DNA from: Candidatus Bathyarchaeota archaeon
GTDB taxonomy: Archaea; Thermoproteota; Bathyarchaeia; 40CM-2-53-6
DNA length: 64,000 nucleotides
NCBI GenBank assembly: GCA_963706285.1
Contig: CAVPLU010000013.1
Span: 96,001 to 160,000 of the forward strand
Direction: 5' to 3'
A program made the position numbers and the translations under genes. This document shows positions 10,580 through 20,797 of the stretch, in pieces. The notes under the pieces were generated by a model. That model was not told the DNA's origin. It saw only the letters and a program-made list of their open reading frames with translations, and searched no databases. The stretch's first letter is position 1; each line of letters begins with the position of its first letter.

Positions 10580-11749
10580 TCAATGCCCGCCAAGTTCGGA
10601 CATTGTCAGGACCTTGACATCGGCGGGTTTCTTGGCGATTTCTGACAAGCGATCGCCTACTACGTACTTGATTTTCTTCTGGTCCGCTAGGTCAAGTATC
10701 CTTTGCGTTATGACTCCATCGAAGACTAGAGTGCTAGGCGCCTCCATGTTTGGTAGTTGGTTTGCAAGTTCGCTGACTGGTAGGCGAGCTATTTCTTTGC
10801 CCGTTTCATCAAAGATTGCTGCCTCAAGTGTTCCTTTGAGTTCCTGAGCTTTCTGAAGAATAGGTTCAGGAAAGGTCGTTTTAGCTATGACTGGCTTCGC
10901 TTCTGCTTTTGGTGCTCCGTGTGATACGCGATCGCGTAGCGCTTTCATTATCTCCTTCGGCGTGAGCTCCTCGACCTCTTTCCCAGGCGGAGCTCGCGTC
11001 AGGTAATCCAGCTCTGTCACTTGGTCGAGTTCCTTCAGTATGAGGTCTCCACCTCTGTCTCCGTCCAGAAATGCTGTGACCTCTTTGTTCTTGCACAGCG
11101 TGATGATTGTTTGAGGAATCTTTGTGCCTTCTATGGCTACTGTGTTCTTGATTCCGCATCTGAGCAGATTTAGAATGTCCGCTCTTCCCTCGACAATTAT
11201 GATTGAGCCGCTGCTCTGTACATCTGGTCCTGCGGGAAGTTTGTCAGGCCCGAATTCCACGATCTCTGCGGATCGAATGGCTCCCCCGACTTCTTTGACC
11301 ATTTCATCTGTGCTTGGTGAGCCTTCAATCACCCATTTCTTGAGGATCTCTTTGGCCTTGTCCAGGATGACTTTTCTTTTCTCTTCTCGGACATCCTCTA
11401 CCTTCTCAAGGGTAACCTTCGCCGTGCAGGGTCCGATCCTATCGACGCTCTCAATGGCCGCCGCGACTATTGCGGTGGAAACTTTGTCTAGGCTAGACGG
11501 GATCATTATCTTGCCGGTAGTCTTGTCCTGTCTGGATTCCAGTTGAATCTCGATTCTCCCAACCCTTCCGCTCTTTTGAAGTTCCCTGAGATCCAGATCA
11601 GGTCCGAATAGGCCTTCGGTCTGTCCGAAGATTGCACCGACTACGTCAGGCTTCTCAACTACACCCTCCACTTCGAACGCCGCCAAAACGACGTACTTGG
11701 TAGTGGGCGCATACTGACTTTCTGCTCCCAATTGATTGTAAACCTCCAC
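10580..11749 (-). CDS. dnaG: Archaeal DnaG (exosome-associated, Toprim)
   Basis: VEKPDVVGAIFGQTEGL, VEGRAD, DGDRGG. Confidence 0.95.
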   Translation of the reverse strand: MEVYNQLGAESQYAPTTKYVVLAAFEVEGVVEKPDVVGAIFGQTEGLFGPDLDLRELQKSGRVGRIEIQLESRQDKTTGKIMIPSSLDKVSTAIVAAAIESVDRIGPCTAKVTLEKVEDVREEKRKVILDKAKEILKKWVIEGSPSTDEMVKEVGGAIRSAEIVEFGPDKLPAGPDVQSSGSIIIVEGRADILNLLRCGIKNTVAIEGTKIPQTIITLCKNKEVTAFLDGDRGGDLILKELDQVTELDYLTRAPPGKEVEELTPKEIMKALRDRVSHGAPKAEAKPVIAKTTFPEPILQKAQELKGTLEAAIFDETGKEIARLPVSELANQLPNMEAPSTLVFDGVITQRILDLADQKKIKYVVGDRLSEIAKKPADVKVLTMSELGGH

Positions 11750-12258
11750 TTATCTATCGTATATTGCACGTAGAACGCCCCTTTCAGTCCCTACTTTCGT
11801 TCGTTACCCTTACTTCGTCGGTTAGATCGGCGACCGAAAGGATGCGAGTGAACGTGAACAGTCTATACCATGTCGGCAGGAGACATAATAAGCTACTTGC
11901 TGTCGCGTCCGTTCGCCGTGCGCTGAGACTTGCCACCTTCTCCCTGTCCCTTTGTTCGCTCTACTATCGGCCAGAGGTCACCTGACAACCTCACCACAGA
12001 TGAGGTATAGGAAGGCGGCCTCATGTTCACCTTTGAATTTGACGAGCATTTGCAGCCAGGGATGCTCGCACCTGTAAGATTGCGGAATCGAAGTCATGCG
12101 GACGAGGATTGTTCGACTCCCCCACCCATGGAACTTGAGTCTCGGACACGTGGTGACTCTTCATTCCCGCGCACAAGAAAAGTGAGAAAGAGTCAGTCAG
12201 ATACTTAGTGCCTCGAGGTTTCTTGCGAAGAAAAGGAATGTGCTGATAACAGAAAAAA

Positions 12259-12807
12259 CTAGTCTCGTCTCCACTTGATGGAGCATCCGAACGGTCTAGT
12301 TTCAGCTACGGAAGCCTTCTTTCCCGCCGTGATGGCGTCGAGAGCGTTCCTAAGATCATGCGTCGTCACTTTGGAGGAGTCCCTGTTATCATCAATGCGG
12401 CCGTGGTAGACAAGCTTCCTAGCCTTGTCGAAAACGAAGGTTTCAGGTGTGCATACGGCGGAGAGCGCTCTAGCTAGGGATTGATCCTCGTCTCTAATGT
12501 AAGGAAAATTGAATCCTTTTTCCTTTGCTCGTTTGATCATATTCTCGTAGCTGTCCTCCGGATAGTCCTTGTCATAGTTCGAATTCACGGCAACGAAGCC
12601 GACGCCTCGATCCATGTAGTCACGCTGGATGGCGATCATGCGATCCTCGTACGCCTGCACGTAAGGACAATGATTGCATGAGAGAATCAGGACCATTGTT
12701 GGGACATCTGCAAAGCTGGCGAGAGAATACCTCTTACCGTCAGTTCCGAGTAGGTCACGGAAGTCCGGTATCGTTTCTCCGATCTTCAATGCGTTCACAC
12801 TAGTCAA
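12259..12807 (-). CDS. Thioredoxin-like AhpC/TSA family protein
   Basis: CNHCPYV, YHGRIDD, GCSIKW. Confidence 0.88.
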   Translation of the reverse strand: MTSVNALKIGETIPDFRDLLGTDGKRYSLASFADVPTMVLILSCNHCPYVQAYEDRMIAIQRDYMDRGVGFVAVNSNYDKDYPEDSYENMIKRAKEKGFNFPYIRDEDQSLARALSAVCTPETFVFDKARKLVYHGRIDDNRDSSKVTTHDLRNALDAITAGKKASVAETRPFGCSIKWRRD

Positions 12808-12996
12808 TCCGGGTAGGATGGAAATGAATCATTCCGCCTCCCCACAGACATTTCTCCCCCTCACTCAGACGATTTGCCCTGCACACCAAAGGAGCTTGTT
12901 TCTTGGCACATTAGCGACTTGTGAAGCGATTTTCAATAGGATAATTCCGCTCCTAGCGAGGAGGAGTGTCACTGACGACCGCCATTAGGTTGGGGC

Positions 12997-13446
12997 TCAT
13001 CTTCTCAGACGTGACGTAATCGAATGATTAGGCGGACCCCTCTTCGCTGACGAGCCGACCGCTAGTCTCTCCATGTACTTCTCGATATTCTCAATTCCCA
13101 CGACCTCCGATCGAGCGAGAGCTTTCAACTGCTTCCAGATCTCGACGTTCGCCTTCACACGCAGGTGCGATAGCTCCGTGCGAAGCCGCCATGCAAGCGC
13201 TCTTCCTTCCTTGTCGAAATCAGTCAAGATTATCACTTCTGAGTGGACTGCAATAGAGTCTAGGAAATCAACAAGTCCCAAGCGTCGAGACTTGGCGCAA
13301 AATATCGGCCCCGAAATTCCTAATTTACGGAGCGTCTTAACGTCATTTGGACCTTCGACGACAACCGGGATTCCTCGACTCGAGTGCGAAACAACGACTT
13401 CTATGAGTTCTTTAACCGCTTCAAGGCGTCGTTCTTGAGCGCTCAA
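12997..13446 (-). CDS. Small Toprim-domain protein
   Basis: VVEGPND and LTDFDKEG motifs. Confidence 0.85.
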   Translation of the reverse strand: MSAQERRLEAVKELIEVVVSHSSRGIPVVVEGPNDVKTLRKLGISGPIFCAKSRRLGLVDFLDSIAVHSEVIILTDFDKEGRALAWRLRTELSHLRVKANVEIWKQLKALARSEVVGIENIEKYMERLAVGSSAKRGPPNHSITSRLRR

Positions 13447-13460
13447 TTCGCACTTGGGTC

Positions 13461-14564
13461 CTACCGGGTGATTTCCAAGCTCATGACACGCCTGAGCAGT
13501 TCAGGGTCTTTCCCAAGTTCACGTCTTACACCCTCAAGCCTTCTCGATAGTCCGTCGGCAACTGCGTCTTTAAGATCCTGAGGATGAAGCTGGCCAAGCT
13601 CGTATGCCTTCTTGAGCTCTTGATAATCGTCAAATCTGACGTTTCCTCCGTACTTGAGCGGCCTTTGGATTTCGAGGCTACCCACCTGAGGCAACAGGAC
13701 TAGTTGAACGATTTCTAGTACGGGATTGTTCTGAGTCTCCTTGGACGGGCAATATGCGGATCTCATTTTCTTCTTGATCTCCTCCGGTTCTTCATGAACC
13801 AGAATTGCGGTTCCAGGAATGCTTTTCGCCATCTTTGACCCAATTTCGGAGTTGTACTCAGGATTCTCATCAAGGTCGTTTGCGGTGGCTGCAGTTGCGA
13901 CGGTTTGGGATTTGCCGGCAAGGCCCGGCAGGAGAGGCGTGTGTACCGAAACTGGCTTTCTTCTCTGCAGTTTCTGAGCGGATTCCCGAGCTATAATGTG
14001 TGCCTTCCTCTGATCAATTCCCGCGCAAGCGATATCAAGATCCATCTGAAATATGTCCGCAGCTTGCATGCAGGGATAAAGCAACGCTGCTGTTTCAATG
14101 TCTTCCACGTCCATTTGTCGCCCCATTATCGGAAGTGCCCTGAGCATTCTCTTAGTTGAATTTGATTTGGCTATTCTGATTACTTTCTCCCAGTAGTCGA
14201 GAGCACCTTCAACCTCAGAGCCCAATCGATATGTGACCTTATCTCCGGTGAGTCCGAGTCCAATGAAACATTTCCTGAAATATTCGGCGCATAACCGGAT
14301 GTTGTCAAGATTGGCGCCGAGTTTGTTATTGATCCATGCGTGCCAATCCGCGAGGAAGACCGTGAAATTGCAGCCCGCGTCCACCATGTCTTTGATCTTA
14401 CCTCCGCAGACTAGCCCCGTTCCGATGTGCATGCCCCCGCTCGGCTCGAAGCCCCAGTAGGCTTTTGGGGCAACTGTTGTTTCCAAGAGTTGTCTGAGTT
14501 CGTCGCCTGTGATAATCTCTTCTGTACCTCTTGAGATAAGTTGTAGTCGTTGCTCCGCATCCAA
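13461..14564 (-). CDS. tyrS: Tyrosine-tRNA ligase
   Basis: YWGFEPSG.MHIG, ADWHA, YPCMQAAD, DQRKAH, KMAKS, LHPQDLK. Confidence 0.95.
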   Translation of the reverse strand: MDAEQRLQLISRGTEEIITGDELRQLLETTVAPKAYWGFEPSGGMHIGTGLVCGGKIKDMVDAGCNFTVFLADWHAWINNKLGANLDNIRLCAEYFRKCFIGLGLTGDKVTYRLGSEVEGALDYWEKVIRIAKSNSTKRMLRALPIMGRQMDVEDIETAALLYPCMQAADIFQMDLDIACAGIDQRKAHIIARESAQKLQRRKPVSVHTPLLPGLAGKSQTVATAATANDLDENPEYNSEIGSKMAKSIPGTAILVHEEPEEIKKKMRSAYCPSKETQNNPVLEIVQLVLLPQVGSLEIQRPLKYGGNVRFDDYQELKKAYELGQLHPQDLKDAVADGLSRRLEGVRRELGKDPELLRRVMSLEITR

Positions 14565-14617
14565 TGTGTAGACTCTCGCATGGAAGGTTTGCACGTAGAC
14601 CTCTTAAATGATAAGCT

Positions 14618-14754
14618 CAGGTTTCACCGCGGGCAAGAGTCCAGGGTTACCCGAGCTCCCGCCCTGTCGCCCACGACACTAACACGCGAACTTCATCGAG
14701 GGGCGTCGCCCCACTTGGTCGGCTCTCTCGGGGGTGGGCTGTTTCTGGTGCCTG
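14618..14754 (-). ncRNA. Structured RNA flanked by a BHB-like motif; H/ACA-like hairpin plus second hairpin
   Basis: CAGG-CACC-AGA...GGTG-AAA-CCTG; stem GCCCAC/GTGGGC followed by GACA; CCGA/GATGA K-turn-like boxes; hairpin GGGCGGGAG/CTCTTGCCC. Confidence 0.6.
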
Positions 14755-14782
14755 CAGAGAATATGTTCTCAGCTGAATTAGA

Positions 14783-16483
14783 TTAAGGGTTCGTTGCTGC
14801 AATGTGCAATGTCCGCGTGTTCAGCTCAAACGCAGCGGCGGGGTTCTGGATTCCCCAGTTCTCTAGGACTTGGGGATGAATCTCACCCATGATTCCTACC
14901 TGTGCCTCTCCAACACGTATTGCAGCTGCACGTCCGTTCACGAAGCTTCCATGCTCTAGATCGGTAACCTGAGCGCTCAGACCAAGGTTCGTGAGCAAGG
15001 CATCGATACAAGCTCTTGCTTCGGTGAATGAGGCCTCGGCGTGGCATGTGATGCCTGCAACTTTTGTGATTTCTTGGACGCCGGACCCATCTCGTATAAC
15101 GCAGTCGCCCGTCTCGAAGATCTTCTGAGGGTACGTAACATGAACATTGGCTGCCAGAATCTCCATTAGGCTTGGGATCAGCCAGTCTCTAAGACACGTT
15201 AGGGTCTGTACGCGTGGATTCTGGAGGTCAACAACATTTTCTGGTAACAAGTTCATTCGCTTGAAGAGTTTTTCCGGGTTGGAGAGAGTGAATGTGAGTA
15301 CTTCCTGGAAGCCTAGTCCGAGCATTATTTCGCGCAGCAGATCGTTGAACTCTTGTTGTCTCGTCATGCCGCCAATCGTGGGGTGCGAAGGCCATCTTGG
15401 CTTGATTCGGTTGAGGCCATAGACAATGCCGATGTCTTCAATGACATCAACGGGATGCATAATGTCCAACCGGTAACAGGGCACGATCACATTCAATGCG
15501 TTTTGTGATTTTCCGGACGCGCCGAATCTTGCTTTGCGCAGCAATTTCACTGCCTGAGCGACGGTTAAGTCAATTCCAAGTATTCTCTTCATGTAGTCTA
15601 GTTCAATTCTCACGTGACCTGTTCTCAGCGTGGGCGTCATTGCACTCTTCGTCTTGCCATACGGGTAGTGAACAATGCTCGAATAGATACTGCCGCCGCG
15701 ATCGGCCAGACTGATGGTCACCATCATGAGCGCGTTCAACACTACATCGAGCGATGTGCCGGTGACTTCGACAAGCACATTGTGTGTCTGAGGAGTGATC
15801 CGGCCGAGATCGTTCGAGTTTATGATTGGAGGAAAGGAAAGCACGTTTCCTCTCGAGTCAAGCAGGATAGGCCACAAGGGATTCAGTTCCACAATGTGTC
15901 CGTACTGAATTCCTTTGGGATGTTTGACTAGGATCTCCCGAAGACTCATTCGCTCATTTGTTCCAAGAGGAATGAAGCTAATCTCCTCCGGTCTAGCTAC
16001 AGCGTATCTGAGTGGCGGAGCTATCAGATCGAAGTCGTAGAGTCCGATTGATGATCTCTTCCTTCCTCGACCGTAGCTCTCATCGAGCTTGTCCTGGAGA
16101 TGCATGAGGCCTCGGATTGCAGCGTCCGAAAGCCGAACGCTCTTCACTACCGAGCAGCCGATGAATGGCCTGATTTTCTGCAGGCGAGGGTCAACCGTGA
16201 TTGTTACGCCAGAAGGGCCCGCTATTGTGTAAGTCTTAGGCCCGGTCTCAAGCCCAAGAAACCCCCGCAGGGCCCTCGCTATACCTTCTGGCGACCACAG
16301 GTCTGGTCGATTGGTATCCTTGTTCTCAAGACTGAGCTCCTCAACTCCGCTCTCTTCAGAGATCGTGCGCGTTACATCGCACTTGATCTGATGAAAAATT
16401 TCATTCAGAGCATTGATATCTGTTGGCAACTTGCCGCGGAGCAACTCTTCGAGGTCTTCCTGCTCTACTGATATGGTGACCAT
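14783..16483 (-). CDS. pheT: Phenylalanine-tRNA ligase beta subunit
   Basis: NRPDLWSPEGIARAL, SFPPIINS, YRLDIMHPVDVIED, GEIHP. Confidence 0.96.
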   Translation of the reverse strand: MVTISVEQEDLEELLRGKLPTDINALNEIFHQIKCDVTRTISEESGVEELSLENKDTNRPDLWSPEGIARALRGFLGLETGPKTYTIAGPSGVTITVDPRLQKIRPFIGCSVVKSVRLSDAAIRGLMHLQDKLDESYGRGRKRSSIGLYDFDLIAPPLRYAVARPEEISFIPLGTNERMSLREILVKHPKGIQYGHIVELNPLWPILLDSRGNVLSFPPIINSNDLGRITPQTHNVLVEVTGTSLDVVLNALMMVTISLADRGGSIYSSIVHYPYGKTKSAMTPTLRTGHVRIELDYMKRILGIDLTVAQAVKLLRKARFGASGKSQNALNVIVPCYRLDIMHPVDVIEDIGIVYGLNRIKPRWPSHPTIGGMTRQQEFNDLLREIMLGLGFQEVLTFTLSNPEKLFKRMNLLPENVVDLQNPRVQTLTCLRDWLIPSLMEILAANVHVTYPQKIFETGDCVIRDGSGVQEITKVAGITCHAEASFTEARACIDALLTNLGLSAQVTDLEHGSFVNGRAAAIRVGEAQVGIMGEIHPQVLENWGIQNPAAAFELNTRTLHIAATNP

Positions 16484-16484
16484 T

Positions 16485-18011
16485 CTAGACTAGCTCCTGC
16501 TTCCTCAGCCAATTGAGGTCTTGAGAGAAGAGCGTGCGCATGTCGTCGATTCCGGCCTTCATCATGAAAAGGCGCTCGACACCTAGGCCCCAGGCTATCA
16601 CTGGCACTTCAATTCCGAGCGGGATAGTGAGTTCCGGTCGGAAGATGCCGGACCCTCCAAACTCAAACCAGCCCACTCCTTCTTTGTATGCCTGAAGCTC
16701 AACGCTAGGTTCTGTGAACGGGAAATAGTCTGGATTGAACTTGACTTTGTCCGCGCCAGCTATGTCTAATGCAAATTTCTCTAATACACCCAGCAAATCT
16801 CTGAGGGTTAGATCCTCACCGACGACTATTCCTTCAACTTGATTGAATTCTGTAAGATGCGTCCTGTCGACTTTGTCTGGGCGGAAGCACCTAGCTATCG
16901 AGAAGTACTTGCCTGGGATCTGCAACTCCTTGCTGACTAGGGTTCTTGCACTCTCGGCGGTCCCGTGGCTTCTAAGAACCAGCCGAGAAGCTTCGGTCGT
17001 GGAGTAGGGGGCTCTCCAGCCTGTTGATCCCGTCTTCCAGCCGTTCTCATGCGTCTCCTTCACGTTGTCAAGAAACGCAGCGAAGGGTGCAGAGTCTCCA
17101 TGCTCCGGCGATTTTACCAGGTATATGTCGTGGACCTCGCGTGCCGGATGATCTTGGGGCATGTAAAGCGCGTCGCAGTTGAAGAACATTGATTCAACGA
17201 TGGGGCCTGTCATCTCTCTGAAGCCGAGTGCGATTAGCTTCCACTTGAGTTCGTCTAGGAATCGTCTGTATGGTTGTTTCTTGCCTGGCCAATATGGAGC
17301 TACTTCGGCTTGCACATCATACTTTCTCAGTGTGTTTTGACGCCAGCTTCCTGTGGCCAACATTTCAGGTGTTAGGCTGCTGGTCTCGTGCTGAACTGCA
17401 ATTCCTTGCTTCACGAGGCTCATGCCCTCCGGCGTGATCGATACGACCTTGTCTGCTCGCTCGCGGAGGGTCAATAGCCTTCTCTGCTTCAAGACTTGAA
17501 GCTCAACCTTATCCGCGGAATCTAGGGCGGACAAATCGGTTCCTTCAGATTCCGAGAGTGTGTGAAGCACTTTCTCGTCGTTTGATACCTCAGCTACTTT
17601 CTCCGCGATTATCATCGTCGCTCCGTCGGACTTTTCGAGCTTAGCCCAGCCCTTCTTCTTGAGCCATCCATAGACCACCGGAAGCATATCCGCTGGCACC
17701 TGTGCCAGATGGGCTGCCTCGGATGCTTCCATTCTCCCTCCGTGATCGACTACCGTTTTGACGATCCTGCGCTCGGGCAATCCTCTCTGCGAGTAGTCTC
17801 GACCTTCTGTTGTAAGAGAGGCTAGTGAAACAGGTTCGTCCTTGACCAATGCGTAGCCTCGCTCGGCGAGTGCAAGGGCCGCTCGTATCACGGCGGCTTC
17901 CTCAAGTCCGGTTTCGGCTGCAACCTCCACCGACTTGGACGGCCTTTCTAGCTTTCCGAGTGCTTGAAGAGTTCTAGCTTCATGATCTCTGAGTTCTATC
18001 ACAGTCACCAC
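16485..18011 (-). CDS. pheS: Phenylalanine-tRNA ligase alpha subunit
   Basis: PQDHPARE, THLTEFNQVEG, YFPFTEPS, GIFRPE. Confidence 0.96.
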   Translation of the reverse strand: MVTVIELRDHEARTLQALGKLERPSKSVEVAAETGLEEAAVIRAALALAERGYALVKDEPVSLASLTTEGRDYSQRGLPERRIVKTVVDHGGRMEASEAAHLAQVPADMLPVVYGWLKKKGWAKLEKSDGATMIIAEKVAEVSNDEKVLHTLSESEGTDLSALDSADKVELQVLKQRRLLTLRERADKVVSITPEGMSLVKQGIAVQHETSSLTPEMLATGSWRQNTLRKYDVQAEVAPYWPGKKQPYRRFLDELKWKLIALGFREMTGPIVESMFFNCDALYMPQDHPAREVHDIYLVKSPEHGDSAPFAAFLDNVKETHENGWKTGSTGWRAPYSTTEASRLVLRSHGTAESARTLVSKELQIPGKYFSIARCFRPDKVDRTHLTEFNQVEGIVVGEDLTLRDLLGVLEKFALDIAGADKVKFNPDYFPFTEPSVELQAYKEGVGWFEFGGSGIFRPELTIPLGIEVPVIAWGLGVERLFMMKAGIDDMRTLFSQDLNWLRKQELV

Positions 18012-18050
18012 TCACTGTTTCGAATCGCTTCTGTTTGAACTTCTGGAGCT

Positions 18051-18193
18051 GACACGTGTTTGGGCGAGATCTCGGCTCCTGACGTAGCCTGCAATTAGTG
18101 GCGTATTCAGCGGCCGGCAGGGAGCGTGAAAACGCAGTCACCGTCATCGTTGCTCCCGCATCTCATCATTAATCTCCGGAAACGTTCGTGCCC
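18051..18193 (-). ncRNA. Box C/D K-turn-closed structured RNA in pheS leader (unclassified)
   Basis: Stem GAGATT/GATCTC, 3-nt bulge, box C ATGATGA (18163-18169), box D-like CCGA (18072-18075), two internal helical arms; AATATAT upstream. Confidence 0.5.
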
Positions 18194-18231
18194 GTAGGTA
18201 CCTTTGGAACGATATATTAGTCATGCCAGAT

Positions 18232-19359
18232 TCATTCCGGTAAATCCAGGCCCTTCTTCTCAGCGAGGAATTCGTCCACATGGTCCTTTGCTCTCTCTCG
18301 CTTCGCTTGATGTTCACGGAGAAAAGGTTTCACGCGTTGAACAAGCATCTGCTTGCAATCTCCGCACAATAAGTGACCTGACATGCAGTTTCTGCGAAGC
18401 TGTTCAATCTCCTTGTCATCATCCATGAAAAGGAAATACTCATAGTAGTAGATCGGGCATATGTCTGGATTCGCGCCTAGCCGCCTCTGCTCCTCCACGG
18501 TGGCTCGCCCTCCTGTGAACGCATTCATTACTTTTCGCTCTGCAACCTCAGGTGCATCCGTTGTGAATATCGCCGTCTCCGGCATTGAGGCCGACATTTT
18601 TCCTCCCTTACCTAGGCCCGGCAGGAACTTCGAATGTATCTGGGCAGGCTTTGGAAATCCAAGTTTCGGAGCCACATCCCTAGTAATCCTCCAGTATGGA
18701 TCCTGATCGATCGCTGCTGGTATAAGACAGGGGACGCTCTTGCCGCTTGTAGCAGATGGGAGAAAGGCAGGTACCGACTGAACTGCTGGGAAGAATATGA
18801 TGCCGATATTGGAGCTATCTTGGAAACCGAATACCGCTTTGACAGTCGAAAAGGTCATGTGTTTTGCGACTTTGATAGCTATTTCATAGAGGCGCTGCAT
18901 GTTCTTGAGATCTGAAATGATCACTGTTCTCTTTGGATCGAACCCCATTGCTATTATGTCCAGTATGTTCTCGTACGTCCAGTGATGCGAATCATCAATG
19001 CTAGCTTCCTGACGGAACAGAAATTTCTCATCGTCAGTCAACTGAAAGAAGAGGTTCGCTTTGAAGACATCTTGGAGATGCTTTGTGAATACCCACGGAA
19101 CGATGTGTCCGATATGTACTGGACCTGATGGTCCCCTGCCGGTGTAGAGTGCGAACTTATGCCCCTTTTCGTATTCGTCCAGAATCCAATTCAGGTCCCT
19201 GTGAGAGAAGAATATCTTTCTGCGGAGCTGAGTATGTAGCGTTCCTGCGTGCTTCCGGACGCGCTCTAGCAGTTCAATCGTTATTGGTTCAACGCCAAAC
19301 TCACGGGTGAGCTTGTCATAGTCGATTTTCCCCGAGACTTCCCAAGGGGTTACTATCAT
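18232..19359 (-). CDS. trpS: Tryptophan-tRNA ligase
   Basis: VTPWEV, YTGRGPS..HIGH, TDDEK, DQDPY, KMSAS. Confidence 0.96.
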   Translation of the reverse strand: MIVTPWEVSGKIDYDKLTREFGVEPITIELLERVRKHAGTLHTQLRRKIFFSHRDLNWILDEYEKGHKFALYTGRGPSGPVHIGHIVPWVFTKHLQDVFKANLFFQLTDDEKFLFRQEASIDDSHHWTYENILDIIAMGFDPKRTVIISDLKNMQRLYEIAIKVAKHMTFSTVKAVFGFQDSSNIGIIFFPAVQSVPAFLPSATSGKSVPCLIPAAIDQDPYWRITRDVAPKLGFPKPAQIHSKFLPGLGKGGKMSASMPETAIFTTDAPEVAERKVMNAFTGGRATVEEQRRLGANPDICPIYYYEYFLFMDDDKEIEQLRRNCMSGHLLCGDCKQMLVQRVKPFLREHQAKRERAKDHVDEFLAEKKGLDLPE

Positions 19360-19490
19360 TTCCTCGTTATTGTTTGACAGCGATAGCCTCTCCAAGATTC
19401 CAATTACTTCATCAGTTCTAGCGCGGTCTTGCTGATCTCCCAACCCTAAATATAATGCAAGCGATAGCAATCTATTCATTTCAGGGGATT

Positions 19491-20399
19491 GTGCAACTGA
19501 TTTCCAAGGACGAGCTTGAAGCATACAGGCGAGGCGGGCAAATCATCTCACAGCTTCGAAAGACCGTGCCTACGTTCGTACACGAGGGCGGGCTTATCCT
19601 TGAGCTGTGCGAACGGGTTGAGGCAGAGATTATCTCTCTCGGAGGGCAGCCTGCCTTTCCGTGCAACGTCAGCATCAACGAAGTGGCTGCTCATTACACA
19701 TCACCTTGGGAGGATCCAAGTGTACTGCCAAAGGATTCCGTCATAAAAGTCGATTTTGGGGTGCACATAGATGGTTACATCAATGATTCAGCTGTCACCG
19801 TCTCGCTTAGCCCGATCCATCGTTCGATGATTGAAGTGGCTGAGGAAGCGCTTCGTGCTGGAATCACGAGAATCGCCCATGGCGTCCGATTCTCCGAAAT
19901 CGGAGAACAAATCGAGAAGACGATACTACAATACGGCTGTAAACCAATCCAAAACCTAACAGGGCACAAAGTGGAGCGCTACACAATCCATGCCGGCCGA
20001 TCGGTCCCGAATGTTTCTGGACCAATACCGGGGCGTTTCCAGACAGGCGATGTCTATGCAATTGAACCCTTCGTCACCTTAAAGGATGCAGCCGGAAGAG
20101 TTGAGGATTCTGCCGAGATGTACATCTACAGGGCGGTCAAAGAAAGAGGGGCACAGTCTGAATCAGCCAAGAGGATCGTGGAGCATGTTCGGAGAACGTA
20201 TAGAACCTTGCCTTTTGCATCCAGATGGCTGTACGCGTCATTAGGCAGGGATATTGTTGAGACCGGCTTTCCTGAGGCTGTTAACGCGAAATGCATCTCC
20301 GGATACTCTGTATTGGTTGAAGCAAGCGGCAGGGTCGTGACGCAAGCCGAGCATACGGTTGTGGTTAAAGAGAACGGCTGCGAGGTCTTGACGATCTAG
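19491..20399 (+). CDS. map: Methionine aminopeptidase type II
   Basis: AFPCN, AAHY, DFGVHIDG, NLTGH, AIEPF, QAEHT. Confidence 0.95.
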   Translation: MQLISKDELEAYRRGGQIISQLRKTVPTFVHEGGLILELCERVEAEIISLGGQPAFPCNVSINEVAAHYTSPWEDPSVLPKDSVIKVDFGVHIDGYINDSAVTVSLSPIHRSMIEVAEEALRAGITRIAHGVRFSEIGEQIEKTILQYGCKPIQNLTGHKVERYTIHAGRSVPNVSGPIPGRFQTGDVYAIEPFVTLKDAAGRVEDSAEMYIYRAVKERGAQSESAKRIVEHVRRTYRTLPFASRWLYASLGRDIVETGFPEAVNAKCISGYSVLVEASGRVVTQAEHTVVVKENGCEVLTI

Positions 20400-20797
20400 G
20401 AACGATTCTTGGCGGGTTCTTCAGCATATATCGAGTCGACACGCATTGTTCCGTTGCACTGCTGACATTTGCCTACTTCTTTGTATACGAAATCGCCTTC
20501 TGAGAAGCCCCGTACCACCTTGAATCCGCAGCTTGCACAGAGGACCACGGAGAGCACCTTTACCGCAAGGTTCCGCAGCAGTATGACTCTTCTTCGCATC
20601 TGCATGATCGAAGATACAGCTAGCACAATTGCCACTGAACTGGCGGCTGCGTAGAAGTAGAAGCTATCCATGTTGCCTTGTTGTTGGAAGCTGAAGGCGG
20701 AATACATTGCCCAAATGGCCCATGCGAGTATTATGATGCTGAATATTACCATCAGGTAACTGTACATGCTATTCTTCTTTGCTTCCACATCCGTCAC
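20396..20797 (-). CDS. Hypothetical membrane protein with C-terminal Zn ribbon
   Basis: Two TM helices, CASC and CQQC. Confidence 0.7.
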   Translation of the reverse strand: MTDVEAKKNSMYSYLMVIFSIIILAWAIWAMYSAFSFQQQGNMDSFYFYAAASSVAIVLAVSSIMQMRRRVILLRNLAVKVLSVVLCASCGFKVVRGFSEGDFVYKEVGKCQQCNGTMRVDSIYAEEPAKNRS

